Notes under the pieces: generated by a model
What the model saw: the letters and a program-made list of their open reading frames with translations, nothing else
Told to the model about the DNA's origin: nothing
Database searches by the model: none
Position numbers and translations under genes: made by a program
Assembly (NCBI GenBank): GCA_951804945.1
Contig: OX638151.1
Location: forward strand, 87,048,001 to 87,112,000
Length of the DNA stretch: 64,000 bases
From: Podarcis cretensis
Lineage: Eukaryota
Direction of reading: 5' to 3'
In this document: piece by piece, positions 49,334-63,109 of the stretch
How positions within the stretch are numbered: the first letter of the stretch is position 1
Layout: each line of letters starts with the position of its first letter

Positions 49334-51914
49334 TGCAAGTTGTGTTAGATTACAGTTAATGCACCCAGTCACAACAAGGGGAAAGGGAATCTGTTTTTGT
49401 AATCTTCTGGAAATGTCACTGTCCTGTTTAATTTATAATCATGGGTGGCAACACCTAGCTTTTACTCACTGTTCTTTAAGATCTTCCCTGAAGGTATTAA
49501 AGTGTAGTTATTTCCTCCCTTAGGTTTCTTGTTACTGTTCAGGTCCAAAGGGGAAGGGGAATCATAGTAAATTATATATACAAAAAATGTGTCTCAATCA
49601 TAAATGCCTAATGGGTTCCATTTAATTAGGTTGGACCCTAACAATTATTTTTCACTGGTTATTATTAACTTGTCCCACAAGTTAAGATTTTGGAATAATC
49701 TTTTAAAAGGACTTTTAAAAGCTATATAAAGTGAGTTAATTCAAGTATAGTAACAATAAATGTCCTGCAATTCCATTTCCCTGGGATTAAGTCCCTTTGA
49801 ACAATGTTTGGCTTACTTCTGAGTAGAGAGGCGTGCACTGAAACCCCGCCACCCAAAAGCTGCCTACCTATTATGTGACTTACAGTGCAATTTGATACAT
49901 ATATTTAAGTCCCATAGAATTCAGTGGGGATTGCTTCCAGGGAAATGTATATAGATCACAGCCTGAAGCTGCATCCCTTATTGAAAAAGTAAACATGTAC
50001 AGGATTCCTCTGTTAGTATAACGATGCCATACAGCTGAGATAAGCAAAAAGCTTCCTGCTTAATAATAATTAAACTGGCTTCAGGATCACTGTGAAATTG
50101 AATCACCAGTTACTTCTATCAGCAGCAAAAGTGACAAGAGCATTAATCAGACCATTTTATGGAAAAACCTCAGCTCTAAAAAACCAGCATTTTTCTTTTT
50201 ATTACTGGGGCAGGCAGACAACGATTTCCTCCAGCTGGGGAATCAAAGTACTGCGCTCAGACAACTGGAGTTCGTAAGGAAAGCATGTTCATTCATCATT
50301 ATTCTGACCTTAGGGCGCTAAGCATATGCATGACTAATGACTAACTTGTAATTACTGTAGTAGAAGGCCCAAAATGATCAGAAGGCTGCAGCGAAAAAGG
50401 GAGTTGGGGTGTGTGTGTGAAGTTAGATGTTTATATGATTTGCTGCTGCCTTGTTTGAGTTCTTTTGCACAACTACTTGCATGGGTTTTAGTTAAGAAAA
50501 GAGAATTAGTTAAGTAGTTGTTGTTTATAAGAGCAAGTATTTTAGAATACTTGTGATACAACCCTGGAGATACAAACTCCATAGACTCCTGCTATTTTTA
50601 ATGGACCATACTTCCCTGTAAGCATGTATAGGTTTGCACAGCAAGTAACCCAATAACCACATGAGGCTTGCCATTATAATTCACATTTTCATGTAGTGAT
50701 CAGAGACTGTGATATGAGTTGGTTAATCTGATAAAGCACATCTACATTAGCTCCTAGCTGTGTTAGGATATAAACCTATTGCTTCAGGCAGGCGATCCCA
50801 AACCAAACACCGTTTCCCTGTAGACAACCTCCATCTCTGCGTACCATTTTTTTAAAAAGCGCTTGGAGGTGTCATTTGACATGCTTCCAGGGCAAATATG
50901 TCTGTAAGGCCTGTGCAGTACTTTAAGACATTATGAGTCAATAAATCAATGCAAGCAAGGACTGTGTTATTTAGTATTAACCAGGGAATGACGAGGATAA
51001 TATTCTGGTGAAAAAGATACTGATAAATCCTCCCCAAAACCACTCAAGCTGTGATTAATTTTTCTATGAGAATATTGTTTTAACAATGTGTGTCATCTTG
51101 TGATAGATGTAAGACCAGGTGAGGTGAAGCTGAAAGAAGAGTAGTTTAACACTGCCCATTGAAATAAAAGGCTGGGATTGAATGGGTTTTTTCTATTGCC
51201 CGGGTCATGTTCTTAATCACTAACTGTGCACTAAGGATGAGGCATCTCTGTGCACACACACACACAATGTTGCTTGATTACATCAGCCTCAACCATTTGC
51301 CATGTTGACTAGGACTAATGGGAATTGTTGGGCCACGGGTGCCCCATCCCTATACTACACCTTATAAATTCTTTCTCTGCCAGCTGTTGAAATTCCACCT
51401 TATACCTTGTTAATTCTGTTCTTGCCCTGCTTTTTAGTCTCATTGGGCTCTTATCTTCATGAGTTGTATCAACCCATGTATATATAAGAAGACTTGGGGA
51501 CAAATATATTCCCAGAGTATGAAAGGTCTGGATATAGAAGCTTAAGTAAAATTGTACAAAATCAGTGACATGCCCTAGATGAACAAAAAGGTCTTCACCT
51601 GATGCTGTGAATACCACAGTGGAGGCCCAGATAATAATAACTGACTTGGCTTGTGGTTCAAGAAGAATGCTCTCACATATATTTCTAGAGCAACCTCCAT
51701 CTTCAGGTTAAAGCTGTTCCAAGTCCCACTGATTTCAGTATTTTTTAATTCGAAATCAATGGGACTCTAACATGCTCAGGTTTGGTTAGATGCATTTATA
51801 TAGTTTATACATTTATTATGTTTCCTTCAAGGAACTCAGGTGGCATACATGGGTTTCCTTCTCTGCATTGTATCCCCACAACAACCCTACCAGTGGGTTA
51901 GACTGGGACTTTTT

Positions 51915-52003
51915 AAGGTTTAAAGTTTTATCATGTTTTTATATATGTTGGAAGCCACCCAGAGTGGCTGCAGCAACCCAGTCAGATGGGTGGGGTACAA
52001 ATA

Positions 52004-52046
<43 letters not shown>

Positions 52047-52050
52047 TTAT
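51915..52050 (+). mobile_element. L2 3' end with (ATT)n tail
   Basis: GGAAGCCACCCAGAGTGGCTG...CCCAGTCAGATGGGTGGGGTACAAAT matches the 3' UTR of 12276-12710. Confidence 0.8.
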
Positions 52051-53860
52051 TTTTTACTGGAATAAGTGGACTTGATGATTGAATGGCAATTTGTCTCTCT
52101 CGCCAGTCCTAATCCAACACTTTAACACAGGCTCTCCAACAATCCAATCTGAAGATCATTAAGCGGCAGTAAGAACTGTATTTTAAGAAATTTTCATTAT
52201 TATACTATAAATTGGTGCAGCCATTCTTCCTCTTATGATAGATCTACGGAAATGCAGATTTCAAACAAAATTGGGTTGAATACTTCCAATCTCTGGTGTG
52301 GTTTTCAAAACAATTGTCTGACCCGTTCTCATTTTCTCATTACAGATGTCCTATTCAGAGCATCATTTCTCCTATTCTCTTGTGTATCTAGGTTTTCCTG
52401 TAATGTTACCATCTAGGTGTAAGGAGGAGTTCAACAGGTGAGATAACGCAGATACTTCAGTTTTGGATTCCTTTCAACTACTTAGTACTGAAAGACATGT
52501 TAACCAAATAACGCTGTAGAATCCTTCTGGCATTTTTTTACCACCTCAAATTGCAGGCAGAGCACCTCATGCAAAGTACTAATTAACAAAAATACCCCTG
52601 GCACTAGGAAAATTAACATTTTTGAGTGAGAGCTAACCAAGAACCATTCTTCTCTCTGATGGGTTTTTACATAAGGAAGCATGAAAAATATGATTCCTCA
52701 TCTGCAATCTGAAGTGGCAGAATAGTGCAAGGGTTATACCATGATGAATGAGCAGGCTAACGCTGAGATCAGGGCTGTTGAGGGATGTAGCCTGGGGACT
52801 AGGGGGCATGGCTTGGGAAAGGATGGAGTCAGAAGAATACAAGGCCAAATAGGGAAACCTGTTTTCCCCATCCCTGCCTTAGATGAATGGGACACAGAGA
52901 CACGTGTACATTAATGGAACCTGGCCAACTGTTTTCAGCGTCCAGCCTCATAACCCAAGAGTGAGCAAACACTGAAGAGTGCATACATCAAAAAGCTCCA
53001 GCTGAATCTCAAATCTTTCTGAAATGCTGATTTGTCATTCTCTGCCATACCTCTGCTCCCTCTTGGGTGGTTTCTACACCTAATATGTGGTTGTTTCTTT
53101 AAGGACAGTGTAATGTATTCCTATCACATGGAGACTACATACCATTGGAAGATGTATTATTTCAGAAAATATTTTGAATACTTTCCAATAAAGATAAACA
53201 ACTTGTGACTGGTCCCCATATTGCTGAAGTGAAACATATTTTCATTTTAAAAACACAGGAATCTATGATTGCCAGGAACATGCAGCTTTTCTGAATATTA
53301 AAAATACAGGACTTTTGAGCTAACAAGCTCGTACTTAGGAATTTGTCTTGAACAGAGCAGAGCCAGTAGAAATGTTAGATTTTTTTTCCCAGGAAAAGAA
53401 TGTTTGACCTATGAGATACAGCTAAAACAAGTACCATACTGTCATTTCAGTAACCTTTAGCTTACTCAGGCACATATCAATGATCTCTTTATGCCAGACT
53501 TTCTTAGACAGCATTCATCTGAAGAGATTTTTATACTGGGCACAATCATGTCATGCTCCTCTCTTTTTCCCCTCTTATTATTATTAATTTACAAAAAAAC
53601 CTCAGATTACCAATAATCAGGATGGCACCGGAGAAGTTGCATCTAGACATGTTTGATCACAACCTAGTTGAGTTGAGCAAAATTTAATTTCTAGATCCAG
53701 GCTGCTGCTCAAGAATAACTAAGTATTTGTATAATACTTTTTTTTAAAGAGCTCACTCTTATATATGGTCTAGAAATGCCTCTGATTGTAGGTTGGACAG
53801 CTTTATAGTTATTGCTTGATGCTCAATACATGGTTTGATTTACACGAATAAGAGAATCTG

Positions 53861-54319
53861 CAAAGAATTGGAAAGGAGATTACATACCCACAAAAGAGGA
53901 TTGGCTACACAAATTATCTGAATTTATAGATTTCGCGAAATTAACAACAGCAATAAGATATCAAACAAACCAGAAATTAAGGGCCCAATGGAAATGGTTC
54001 GATGATTACATTAGTAAACACTGTTCTAAAGATAACATGCTGATATGTTTAGATTAAGTTTGTAAAGTTGATTAATAATATAAAGTTCTGGTAAAATAAC
54101 AATATTAGGGATGTGAGATATAAGCTGCAATGTAAACAAGAATATAAAGGAATCAAGAAATGACGTTCACTGGCAGAGGGAAGTCACATAGGTATAGTAA
54201 TTATTATTGTTAATGTTTGCATCTCTGTTTTTTTTGCTTTGGATTTTTTTCTAATGTGGGTGAGAATATGTCTGTTTGAATGTGAAAACTAAATAAAAAT
54301 ATTAAATAAAACAACAACA
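53861..54319 (+). mobile_element. 5'-truncated L1 LINE: ORF2 end, 3' UTR and A-rich tail
   Basis: Open frame KNWKGDYIPTKEDWLHKLSEFIDFAKLT...QWKWFDDYI...LD*, then AATAAA and an A-rich tail. 14-bp TSD AATAAGAGAATCTG at 53847-53860 and 54320-54333. Confidence 0.88.
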
Positions 54320-54589
54320 AATAAGAGAATCTGTTTATGAACCGTTATTCCCCTTATGAATGTCTTTATTAATAAATGAATCTTGGGTAACACAGAGATC
54401 ATTAGACAGTGATGCCGATACTGTTTACATGAAAATGAAATGTAGTATAGAAATGCTTGCAGAATACATTATCTACAAAATCTGATGCAAACAGACCTGA
54501 GCTGCATTTCCCTGACAAATGTTGGTATTGAAACACATTCGTTTCAGAATGTGTCTTTTGTGAGAAAATTCATTCAAAATACATGTTTA

Positions 54590-54733
54590 GGTGTGTATTT
54601 AAATATGGCTTTTCATACATTTTTAATTTTTTTTAACTGAAATTTAATGTGGAAATGGAACGGTGTGTATTTAAATATGGCTTTTCATACATTTTTAATT
54701 TTTTTAAACTGAAATTTAATGTGGAAATGGAAC
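54590..54733. repeat. 72-bp tandem duplication
   Basis: GGTGTGTATTTAAATATGG...GGAAATGGAAC occurs twice, differing only at the poly-T/A junction. Confidence 0.9.
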
Positions 54734-54880
54734 GGAACAGGTTTATGAATGAATGCTTGTGAAGCTCACACAGGCTATAGATAGCCATCTCTGATGTGGA
54801 GTGAAAGAGGTATAAGTTATCCCCTGCTGACTCATCGCTCACTTCAACTTCAAAATTACCCCTTGAAAGCCTTTTTAGAA

Positions 54881-54921
<41 letters not shown>
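54881..54921. repeat. (AAT)n microsatellite
   Basis: Direct reading. Confidence 0.95.
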
Positions 54922-54922
<1 letters not shown>

Positions 54923-55479
54923 TCTCTTTCTCTGTGTTGTTGTCAGTTCAGGGGCTGTTATTCTGGATGACAAATAGCTTAAAAAACCTTTTAAAGAACT
55001 ATGATTTTCTCCATTTAAAAAGTTATGTTTTAATAAAGCTATTTTAATCGAACTGTGGAAGTCTTCTACAAGTGTTCAATATTCCATACACTAATATGAA
55101 CGAGTAATGTTTAGAAACTCTTTCGTCATATACATATATCTCCATTATCCACACTGCTATGCTACAAAGAATGTATTTTTAGAAAGCTACTTAATTGACA
55201 AGACAAGAGATATAGTCCAAATCATGGTTTATTACACTAAGGCAAGGTGTGAAATTCTACCCTGCCCTACCCTGATGTGAAAACGTCTGCGATTTCTGCT
55301 GTGTTGGGGATTCAAATGCTCCATACAAGACCGGATCCATGTATATATTACTCAATGGTCACAATCACAATTTGCAAATTCTATGAGCACAGGCGTTCTG
55401 TTTGTGAAAAAGAGCTCTCTCCATAGTTTTCCCAAACAGCAGTCTTTAGAGAACAGCTGAAAGGGATCTACATTAGTAT

Positions 55480-55765
55480 TGTTAATTATTATTGTATTTA
55501 TTATTAATGTATTAATCACCCATCCTCAGAAAGACCCCAGAGCAATGTAAAAACTTATGACCAAAATATAACAAATAGCACTAAAAACATATACAATGAA
55601 GCTTTAGTTTGAGTTGACTCATTGAAACTAATGGACCTAACTTAGTCAAAGTCATTAATTTCATAAATCTGTAGTAGATAAATTACAACAGAAATACATA
55701 TGTTCCTGATAAGAACTTTACTTTTTTATTTATCAAATGGCAAAAGCCCCTAGCTTAGGGAGACA

Positions 55766-55806
<41 letters not shown>

Positions 55807-56200
55807 GAAAACTAGCAAAGTGGAAGACAGACATATCTCTAACAAAAGATTATTCCAAAGTTGGGGCTCTACCACAGAGAAGGTCCTTTTGAACGTTCCC
55901 TCACTCCAAATCCTTGTGGGGATCACAAACAGAGTCCTCCCCTGCCCATCTGATCTGAAGGATCAGATTGGCTGCTACCAGAGGAGATGCTCCTGCAGAT
56001 AAATGGTCTCCAAGTCATTTAGGGTTTTGTAAGCCACCACTGACAAATCTACTCCCAAATCTACCCCAGCAGCATATGGACAGCCATCGCAGAGCTCATA
56101 GGGAAGGTGATCCCTTCTTGTTGTCCTAGTTAATCACCTGACAGATGCATTCTGCACTTAAGTGTAGCTTCCAGATTGTTTTCAAGGGCAGCCCTTTGTA
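55480..56200 (-). mobile_element. Decayed L2 3' region, interrupted by a (CA)n repeat (55767-55804) and a palindromic element
   Basis: TTCCAAAGTTGGGGCTCTACCACAGAGAAGGTCC...GCATTCTGCAC...TTTTCAAGGGCAGCCC is homologous to 11350-11700. Confidence 0.6.
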
Positions 56201-57969
56201 AATAACCCAAACACAAGGTCATTAGAAAATGATGAGCTTCTGCCAGTAAATCCACGGAGAAAATACACATCTCCCAGGATTTCAGGCATTGCCTCCAGTA
56301 TGTATGCCACTATGAACACGATTCATGTAAAAATAGCCCCTGCAAGGAAGATAAAATACATTATGTAGTGCTTTCTGTGTAAATTGTTCCGTTATTATTT
56401 AGAGGATATAATCTTTTATAACAGAAATAAAATTGTTCTTAAACTGATTGCCTCCAAGCCCTATTAGCAATTTTCATAGACACATTTGTGTTTCGCAACA
56501 GATTCAGTTGCATTGCAAATGTGTTAATTTATTTTTTCTGGCTAATGATTTGGACGACACTCCTCATATTCTTTAAAACACACTTGCAGACAGAAAAACA
56601 AAACCATTTTTTCCTCTTGAGATACCAATGATACCATTTTTCACTTTGCTGCCCTCTAAAGTACCAGCATTCAGCATGATCACATGAGCTCTGTGAATCC
56701 ACAACATCAAGGCTGTGTAGTCAATATTATAAACAACAGGTCTGAAAGTCCAAAATAAAATGAACATATTACTGGGAGGTAGAAAGGACTGTTTTCTTTG
56801 TGTGTAAAGTGTAAGTAATGCATCCCTCATAAGGCTTCTTTTGAAGATTAATGTTTGCAATACTATCAGTACAGAAAGTGAGAGGCACAATCCATCCAAT
56901 TTGCAGCAGTGTTGTGCATCTTCTATCCATTTCTGCAGGACTTGCACAATTATTCTTTGCAAAGGCAAGTGAAATGAATGGAGGATGCAGATCAGCAATG
57001 TTTAGCGGGTTGTATGTGTTGTGACGTGGGGTTTGTGATTTCAGCTCTCTTGACATAATATGCTGGAGACAGTTCTCTAGTAACACTTCTTTACTAAAGC
57101 AACAAGACTGACACCTGAGGAGGGGAGAGCTACATTTATAGGGACAGGGAACTAGCTAGAAAGGATACATTTTGGAGGGAACAATATCAGGCAATCACAG
57201 TCCTGCCTTTTGGAGGAAACCAATAAGACAGAGGATCCAAATACAGCAGCTTAAATGAACCAATAGTAGCTGTACCCTCTGGAACCAAAAGGCAGTTACT
57301 TTACCCTAATGCAAATACAGACAATAATAATACAGATATAAAATCCTTTGACTCAATACACAACAGCATGTATATCTTTTGAACCAGAAAACCATACTTT
57401 AGTAGCAATTTCGATCATTTGAAAACTAGATGGCAAATGAACCAGATTACTATTATTCTTTTTCCATGTGACAGCTAGATAACGTATTTCAATTTGGAAT
57501 AGTATTAACTCCCTCTTTCCACAGACATTCACTGACAGAAACAAGTGAGATGATGGAGCAGTGAAGTGTAAGATATTGGGTTAACTCATTGGGATTTAAC
57601 TTTCTTAACATCACCTAGACCAAAATCAGTCAGCGGATACTGGTCCATTGGGTCAAATGGAGCACTATCTGGCCAAACTCAGTCTGCCCTCAGACAGCCC
57701 CCACCTGTTTACTTAAAACCAGTCCAGGAGGTGGCACTCGCTGTCGCCCTTGTCAAATCCACACCGTATATTTAAAACATGTTGCTTTCCCAATAAAATG
57801 CCAGGAGCCTTTGTTTCTGCTGTGAGGAGTAAACTACAACTCCTAGGATTCTTTGAGGGAAGCCATGTGTTTTACCTGTTGGGTGTGGATGTGAGGCTCA
57901 GTGTTGTTTTTTTAGAATTCAGCAATGAGACAAAACCAGAATTATTTGTTTCCAACTATTACTATCTCT

Positions 57970-58299
57970 AGGGACGCGGGTGGCACTGTGGGTTAAACCA
58001 TAGAGCCTAGGACTTGCTGATCAGATGGTCGGCGATTCGAATCCCCATGATGGGGTGAGCTCCTGTTGCTTGGTCCCTGCTCCTGCCAACCTAGCAGTTC
58101 GAAAGCACATCAAAGTGCAAGTAGATAAAGGTAAATGGTGTTTCCGTGCGCTGCTCTGGTTCGCCAGAAGCGGCTTAGTCATGCTGGCCACATGACCCGG
58201 AAACTGTACGCTGGCTCCCTTGGCCAATAAAGAGAGATGAGCGCCGCAACCCCAGAGTCGGTCACAACTGGACCTAAGGGTCAGGGGTCCCTTTACCTT
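57970..58299 (+). mobile_element. Sauria SINE (older subfamily, small internal deletion)
   Basis: TSD TATTACTATCTCT at 57957-57969 and 58300-58312. Confidence 0.95.
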
Positions 58300-61200
58300 T
58301 ATTACTATCTCTGGCGCCAACTCCTGTCAGCCTCCCTTACTTCTGCTCTACCAATCCCAATGGGCAGCAGCCTCTCCTGCAGCCTGCAATGTATAGACAG
58401 AGATTTGTACCACTTTGAATAAGGTAATAAGATAATTAAGCTAATATAGAATATCCTAAAACACAACCCAATATAAAACTAATAGTCAACACATATTAAA
58501 AATATAAACAGATTTTGAAATGGCATCAACTTGGCATATGATGCCATCCATTCTGAACAACAGCAATACTTTGCGCACTCGTCTTAGACCACTGAACACA
58601 GTGGCGCTTTACTTCTGAGCAAACAGACATTGGATTGTGCTGTAAGAGACCTAATCCTCTAAAAACAAAGACTTGAGATATATTTACTGTAACTAACAAA
58701 ACAACAGGGAATGGGAAAACAACACACATTTATTAGCTACATAGTCACTGCATACATAGATTTGGAAAAGTAAATGGTATATAATAATCTTCCAGTTATG
58801 TTAATACCAAAAGTGTCCTCAATTATGCTTGAGAACAGACACAAAACAGAGAAAATTGATTTCTGTAATTCATGCAGAAATGTCATGAAATCAATCTCAT
58901 TTTTTTTTCTGTTTCAACAAGTCCTTAAATAACACTTCCTATTTTACTTCAAAGCTTTGCTTCATGAAAAACAGAATGTTAAGTGCCCAAAAATCTGCTG
59001 TAAAGCTAATTATACTGTATCAATTCAGTCAGAGGTGCTCTGTGACACTATATGGAGGACACAAGGAAACCATAAGTACTTTATTGTGATTTTCAAGTAC
59101 ATCAACAAACTGCCTTCAGCAAATAGGTATCATGAGCTAATGATTCACTGAGAGCTCCATGGGCTCACAAGAGCTTCCCCATTCACTTTAATGGAGGGGA
59201 AGCTTTTTTGCATGTAGGTCTGTTCTAAAATGCCAGCAGTCAATCAGCGGGTAGTAGGCAAAACAAGGAGGGAAGATGCAAAAGCTCTAAGACAGTGTAT
59301 GGGTGCCTCTGTTAATGTCACCCTGACACCTGCAAGGCAAGTGACCAAGTGATTTAAACGCCTGCTATTGCTATCAGTTGATCCCAAATAAAAAGAAAAA
59401 AGTAGGCTATCTTAATACCATGGAATAGCTGACACTATTTGACGATGGTCAAATAACAGATGCTCAACTGACAATATCTGTTTGGTCAACTGATCAGTTT
59501 CAGAATCCCATTTTTATACACAAAAATGTAAGCAGAAAGAAATTTTAGTGTCCCCAGATCGTAAGGGCACATAAAATATGGTACTACCATTTTTGCAGGG
59601 ATAGATTTGACTTTTATTCTGGTTACAAACTGCAAATCTTCTCTGAATATATAAAATGCACCTTTTAAAGATTCCATGCAAATGCGTAGATTTTTGCAGC
59701 AGATGAAAAAGAATGCCAAACCTACTCAAATGTTAACTGGCAGAAATATTTGACATCAGTTCTAGTCTTTTAATCAGTGCAATCATGACTTCCTCTACTC
59801 TTTTACTCATTTAGGATATTAATATCTGTAGCAATACTTTTCTGTATAAAGATATTATTACCCAGAAATTGATGTTTTTGCATTTAAATTAGACTATATT
59901 TGGTTGGGCCCACATCAAAGACTAAATTTAGTTCTTGAGACAATTGAGGTTATAAGACATGATAGCTTTTTAACCAGTGTTTATTAAAACACACTTTCCA
60001 GAATATTTTAGTTCAGCTTATGCACATTAAAAAAAAAATAGTTGCTCAGAACTGGATCAGTGCCAGGGTTGCCTGATTAAGAATGCTGAAATATGCAAAT
60101 ATTATCTAAATGTATTTGCATATCAGCACTATAGGTTTTGGAACTGACATACTGGACCTTCTTTAATCATGTTCTTTATTCACAGTAAGCTGACATGTAA
60201 AAATAGCTGTGAAGTAAAAACTTGTATCTTCTTGTGCTTGGATATGCTATCGCAAGAGCAAGTGATCCTATTCTACTTGAGGCAGTATGCTACAGCATAT
60301 AGAAACATAGGAAGCTGCATTATACTGAGTCAGACTATTGGTAGTACATCCAGCTCAGCATTGTTTACACTGGCAGCAGCTCTCCAGGATTTCGGACAGT
60401 GTTCTCTTCAAGCCCACACTGTAGATGCCAAGAGTTGAGCCTAAGAACTTCTGCTCGCAGAGCAGATGATCAACCACAGAGCTATGGCCCTTTCCCCTTT
60501 AAAGTAGTTAGTTAAGACTGCGGAGACCTGGATTCAAATCTGCACAGGCATGAGATTTGCTGGGTTACCTTGGAAAACTGGCCCTTTCTCAGCCTAACCT
60601 ACCTCATTAGAAGGACAAAGTTGGTGGGGATAATGTACACTGCCGTAATCTCATTGGACAAAGGGTGGGCAACCTAAACCCCTGGCCAGCAGCGGCTGGG
60701 CTAAAAGGAATGGCATAGTTGCCACCACACCGAGAGCTCTGCCACTTACACATGCTAGGGAGGAAAATGAGAGGGGAGATAATGTCTTCACTTAGCCGGG
60801 TCCCAGGCTGGCAAAGCAAAGAGGCCTGGTTTGGGCCCATAACCTTCACATGATGGCCAAAGAGCAAGGTTAGGATCCAGTTGGATCCTGTGCTGGTCCC
60901 TCACTGCCCTGTTTGGGGGTTTACACTAGCTACCATTGGTGGAGACACTACCGGTGGTAGCTTCCATCCTCCCATCATTTGAGCATTAGAAGCAAGTGGA
61001 TCAGGCAAGGCTAGGTGGAGGGGCACAACAAGCTCATCCAGCATGGCAGGTCAGAGGTATGGGCTGCTTTGCCCATGTAATAAACAAAAAAAAAAAGCTA
61101 AGCATGCCTCACTCGCCAAATGAACCCCTTTCCCACTAAAGTCAAATTGACTTTTCAAAACAGTTTTTTTAAAAAACTTTGGTTGAATTATGAGATGTGG

Positions 61201-61905
61201 GTTCTTTGGCTGTGAAAAAGATGAAACAGGGTAAAAAAAAATTCACAGGCTACATGCAATTGGAGCTCCATTCGACTCCCAAGGAACTTGCCTATAGTGT
61301 CTTCCTCAACTGTATTGTTTCACACACACACTTACTCCACAGCACAGGGAAATGGTTAACACATTGCACCGTCATTTGAGGGACTGGTAACAACAGACCT
61401 TTCATTTAAAACTATTTAAAGTAGAAAAGATAATAATTAAAATCTACAATAAGCGGGGTGGAGTGAGGAACAGATGAAAACACATGTCAACATTCTACAT
61501 TTCTGGATGGGCTTGCCTAAACAAAAATGTTTTTAGCAGGCACCAAAAATGTACAGTGAATGTACCCGAAGTGTGGGTGCTTCATTCCTTACTTTCCTTT
61601 CAAATGTTGCAAACAATTAGAAATTCTAATGATTAAGCAGTGTATAAATGTCTTAAATAAATAAATTGCAATAAAGAATAACTGCACAGATCAGTTACAC
61701 ATCTTTCATTCCCTCTGTGTTGCAAGACAGAGAAAAGCAGCAGTCTTTCGATTTTAACAGAACTTGCTATGTTAGGAGTCCTAATTTCTTTTGCCAATGA
61801 CCTCCCTTCCTGTAAGGGAGATCAGGCCCAGCTGTCTATTGAGGACTTATGCTGATTATGTTCACACAAAACTTGTATGGGGCTTAAAGAATGTTACAAC
61901 TTTAA

Positions 61906-62158
61906 GAGAGCCAGTGTGGTGTAGTGGTTAAGAGCGGTAGTCTCGTAATCTGGGGAACCGGGTTCGCGTCTCCGCTCCTCCGCATGCAGCTGCTGGGTAA
62001 CCTTGGGCCAGTCACACTTCTTTGAAGTCTCTCAGCCTCACTCACCTCACAGAGTGTTTGTTGTGGGGGAGGAAGGGAAAGGAGAATGTTAGCGGCTTTG
62101 AGACTCCTGAAGGGGAGTGAAAGGCAGGATATCAAATCCAAACTCCTCTTCTTCTTCT
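61906..62158 (+). mobile_element. tRNA-derived CORE/MIR-like SINE with L2-type 3' end and (CTT)n tail (Squam3-like)
   Basis: Head GAGAGCCAGTGTGGTGTAGTGGTTAAGAGC, box B GGGTTCG, core TGGGTAACCTTGGGCCAGTCAC, tail CTCTTCTTCTTCT. Confidence 0.85.
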
Positions 62159-62447
62159 ACATCTGTGTTGAGTATTCGTCCTTATATGCTTGTACTGAAG
62201 TTATCACCAGCAAGTGGTAGTTATCGAACACTTTTTAGTGCGATTTTCTTTCTCTTTTCTTATCACTTTTTTGAAGTTACAAAAAGGACAGGGCAATTTT
62301 ACTAGGAAGTATGAGAGAACAACCAAATTTTATGCAAATAAACAGTCTATCTGGACGTACCCTAAGTCTTGTTCTATTCATGATGAAGACCTATGTGTGC
62401 ATTTTTGCTTGTATGTAATGTCCACATGGTCCCAGCATTGGTGGGGT

Positions 62448-63109
62448 TAGTGATGTTAAATTCTTGAGAATAATCTTTTCTCGAGAATATTCTTGATTAA
62501 TGAGAATATTGTATCATTGAATGGCACTGCAAAAACCAGTTACTGGCCCTAAATAAAAATATAGAAACGTCAACTGTTTAAATCAAGCCCACTTCACATG
62601 CTGTTACACATAATTGTATTGGTCTAGGTACTTTAAGTTTATAAAGCATTAAATCTACTTTCTGTAAAAAAAAATCACACTGTATGGCCAAGGGTATAGA
62701 ATTGCTAAAAATAAAGTCACACCAAAACAGAAAAAAGGCTATTACATATAGTTGAAATACATATGAATTCAAATGTTCATCGAATTAAATGAATAGCATT
62801 TTTAAAACAAAAAACAAAAATATTTTCTGTAGCTCACATTTCAGAACTGCCAATGGTGAATGACACAATGGCCAGTGTCATTACTGGATTAAAAAAAAAT
62901 TAATTATTCATTACCTACACTGGCAATATCACAGCTTGACTTTATTATTTACTAGATTTTTAAAATGTGGGTTGTAAAACTGGTTCTTACATTAGAATTT
63001 ACAGTTTGTGGAGAGTATTCTCTGGAGAATTTTCTAGCAGAGAATATTCTTGAGAATATTCTCATTCTCTAGAATATTATCCAGAGAATATTCTCACCTC
63101 ACATCACTA
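62448..63109. mobile_element. Non-autonomous DNA transposon (hAT/Ac-like TIR) with palindromic subterminal arrays
   Basis: TIRs TAGTGATGT / ACATCACTA. Multiple GAGAATATTCT(C) units at both ends. The TSD is decayed. Confidence 0.7.

Noticed and set aside
56573-57086. Overlapping 141-aa and 105-aa minus-strand ORFs
   Set aside because: No recognisable domain and no convincing splice structure.
63005-63100. Regularly recurring palindromic repeats, superficially CRISPR-like
   Set aside because: Eukaryotic context, no unique spacers and no cas genes. They are explained as subterminal transposon repeats.
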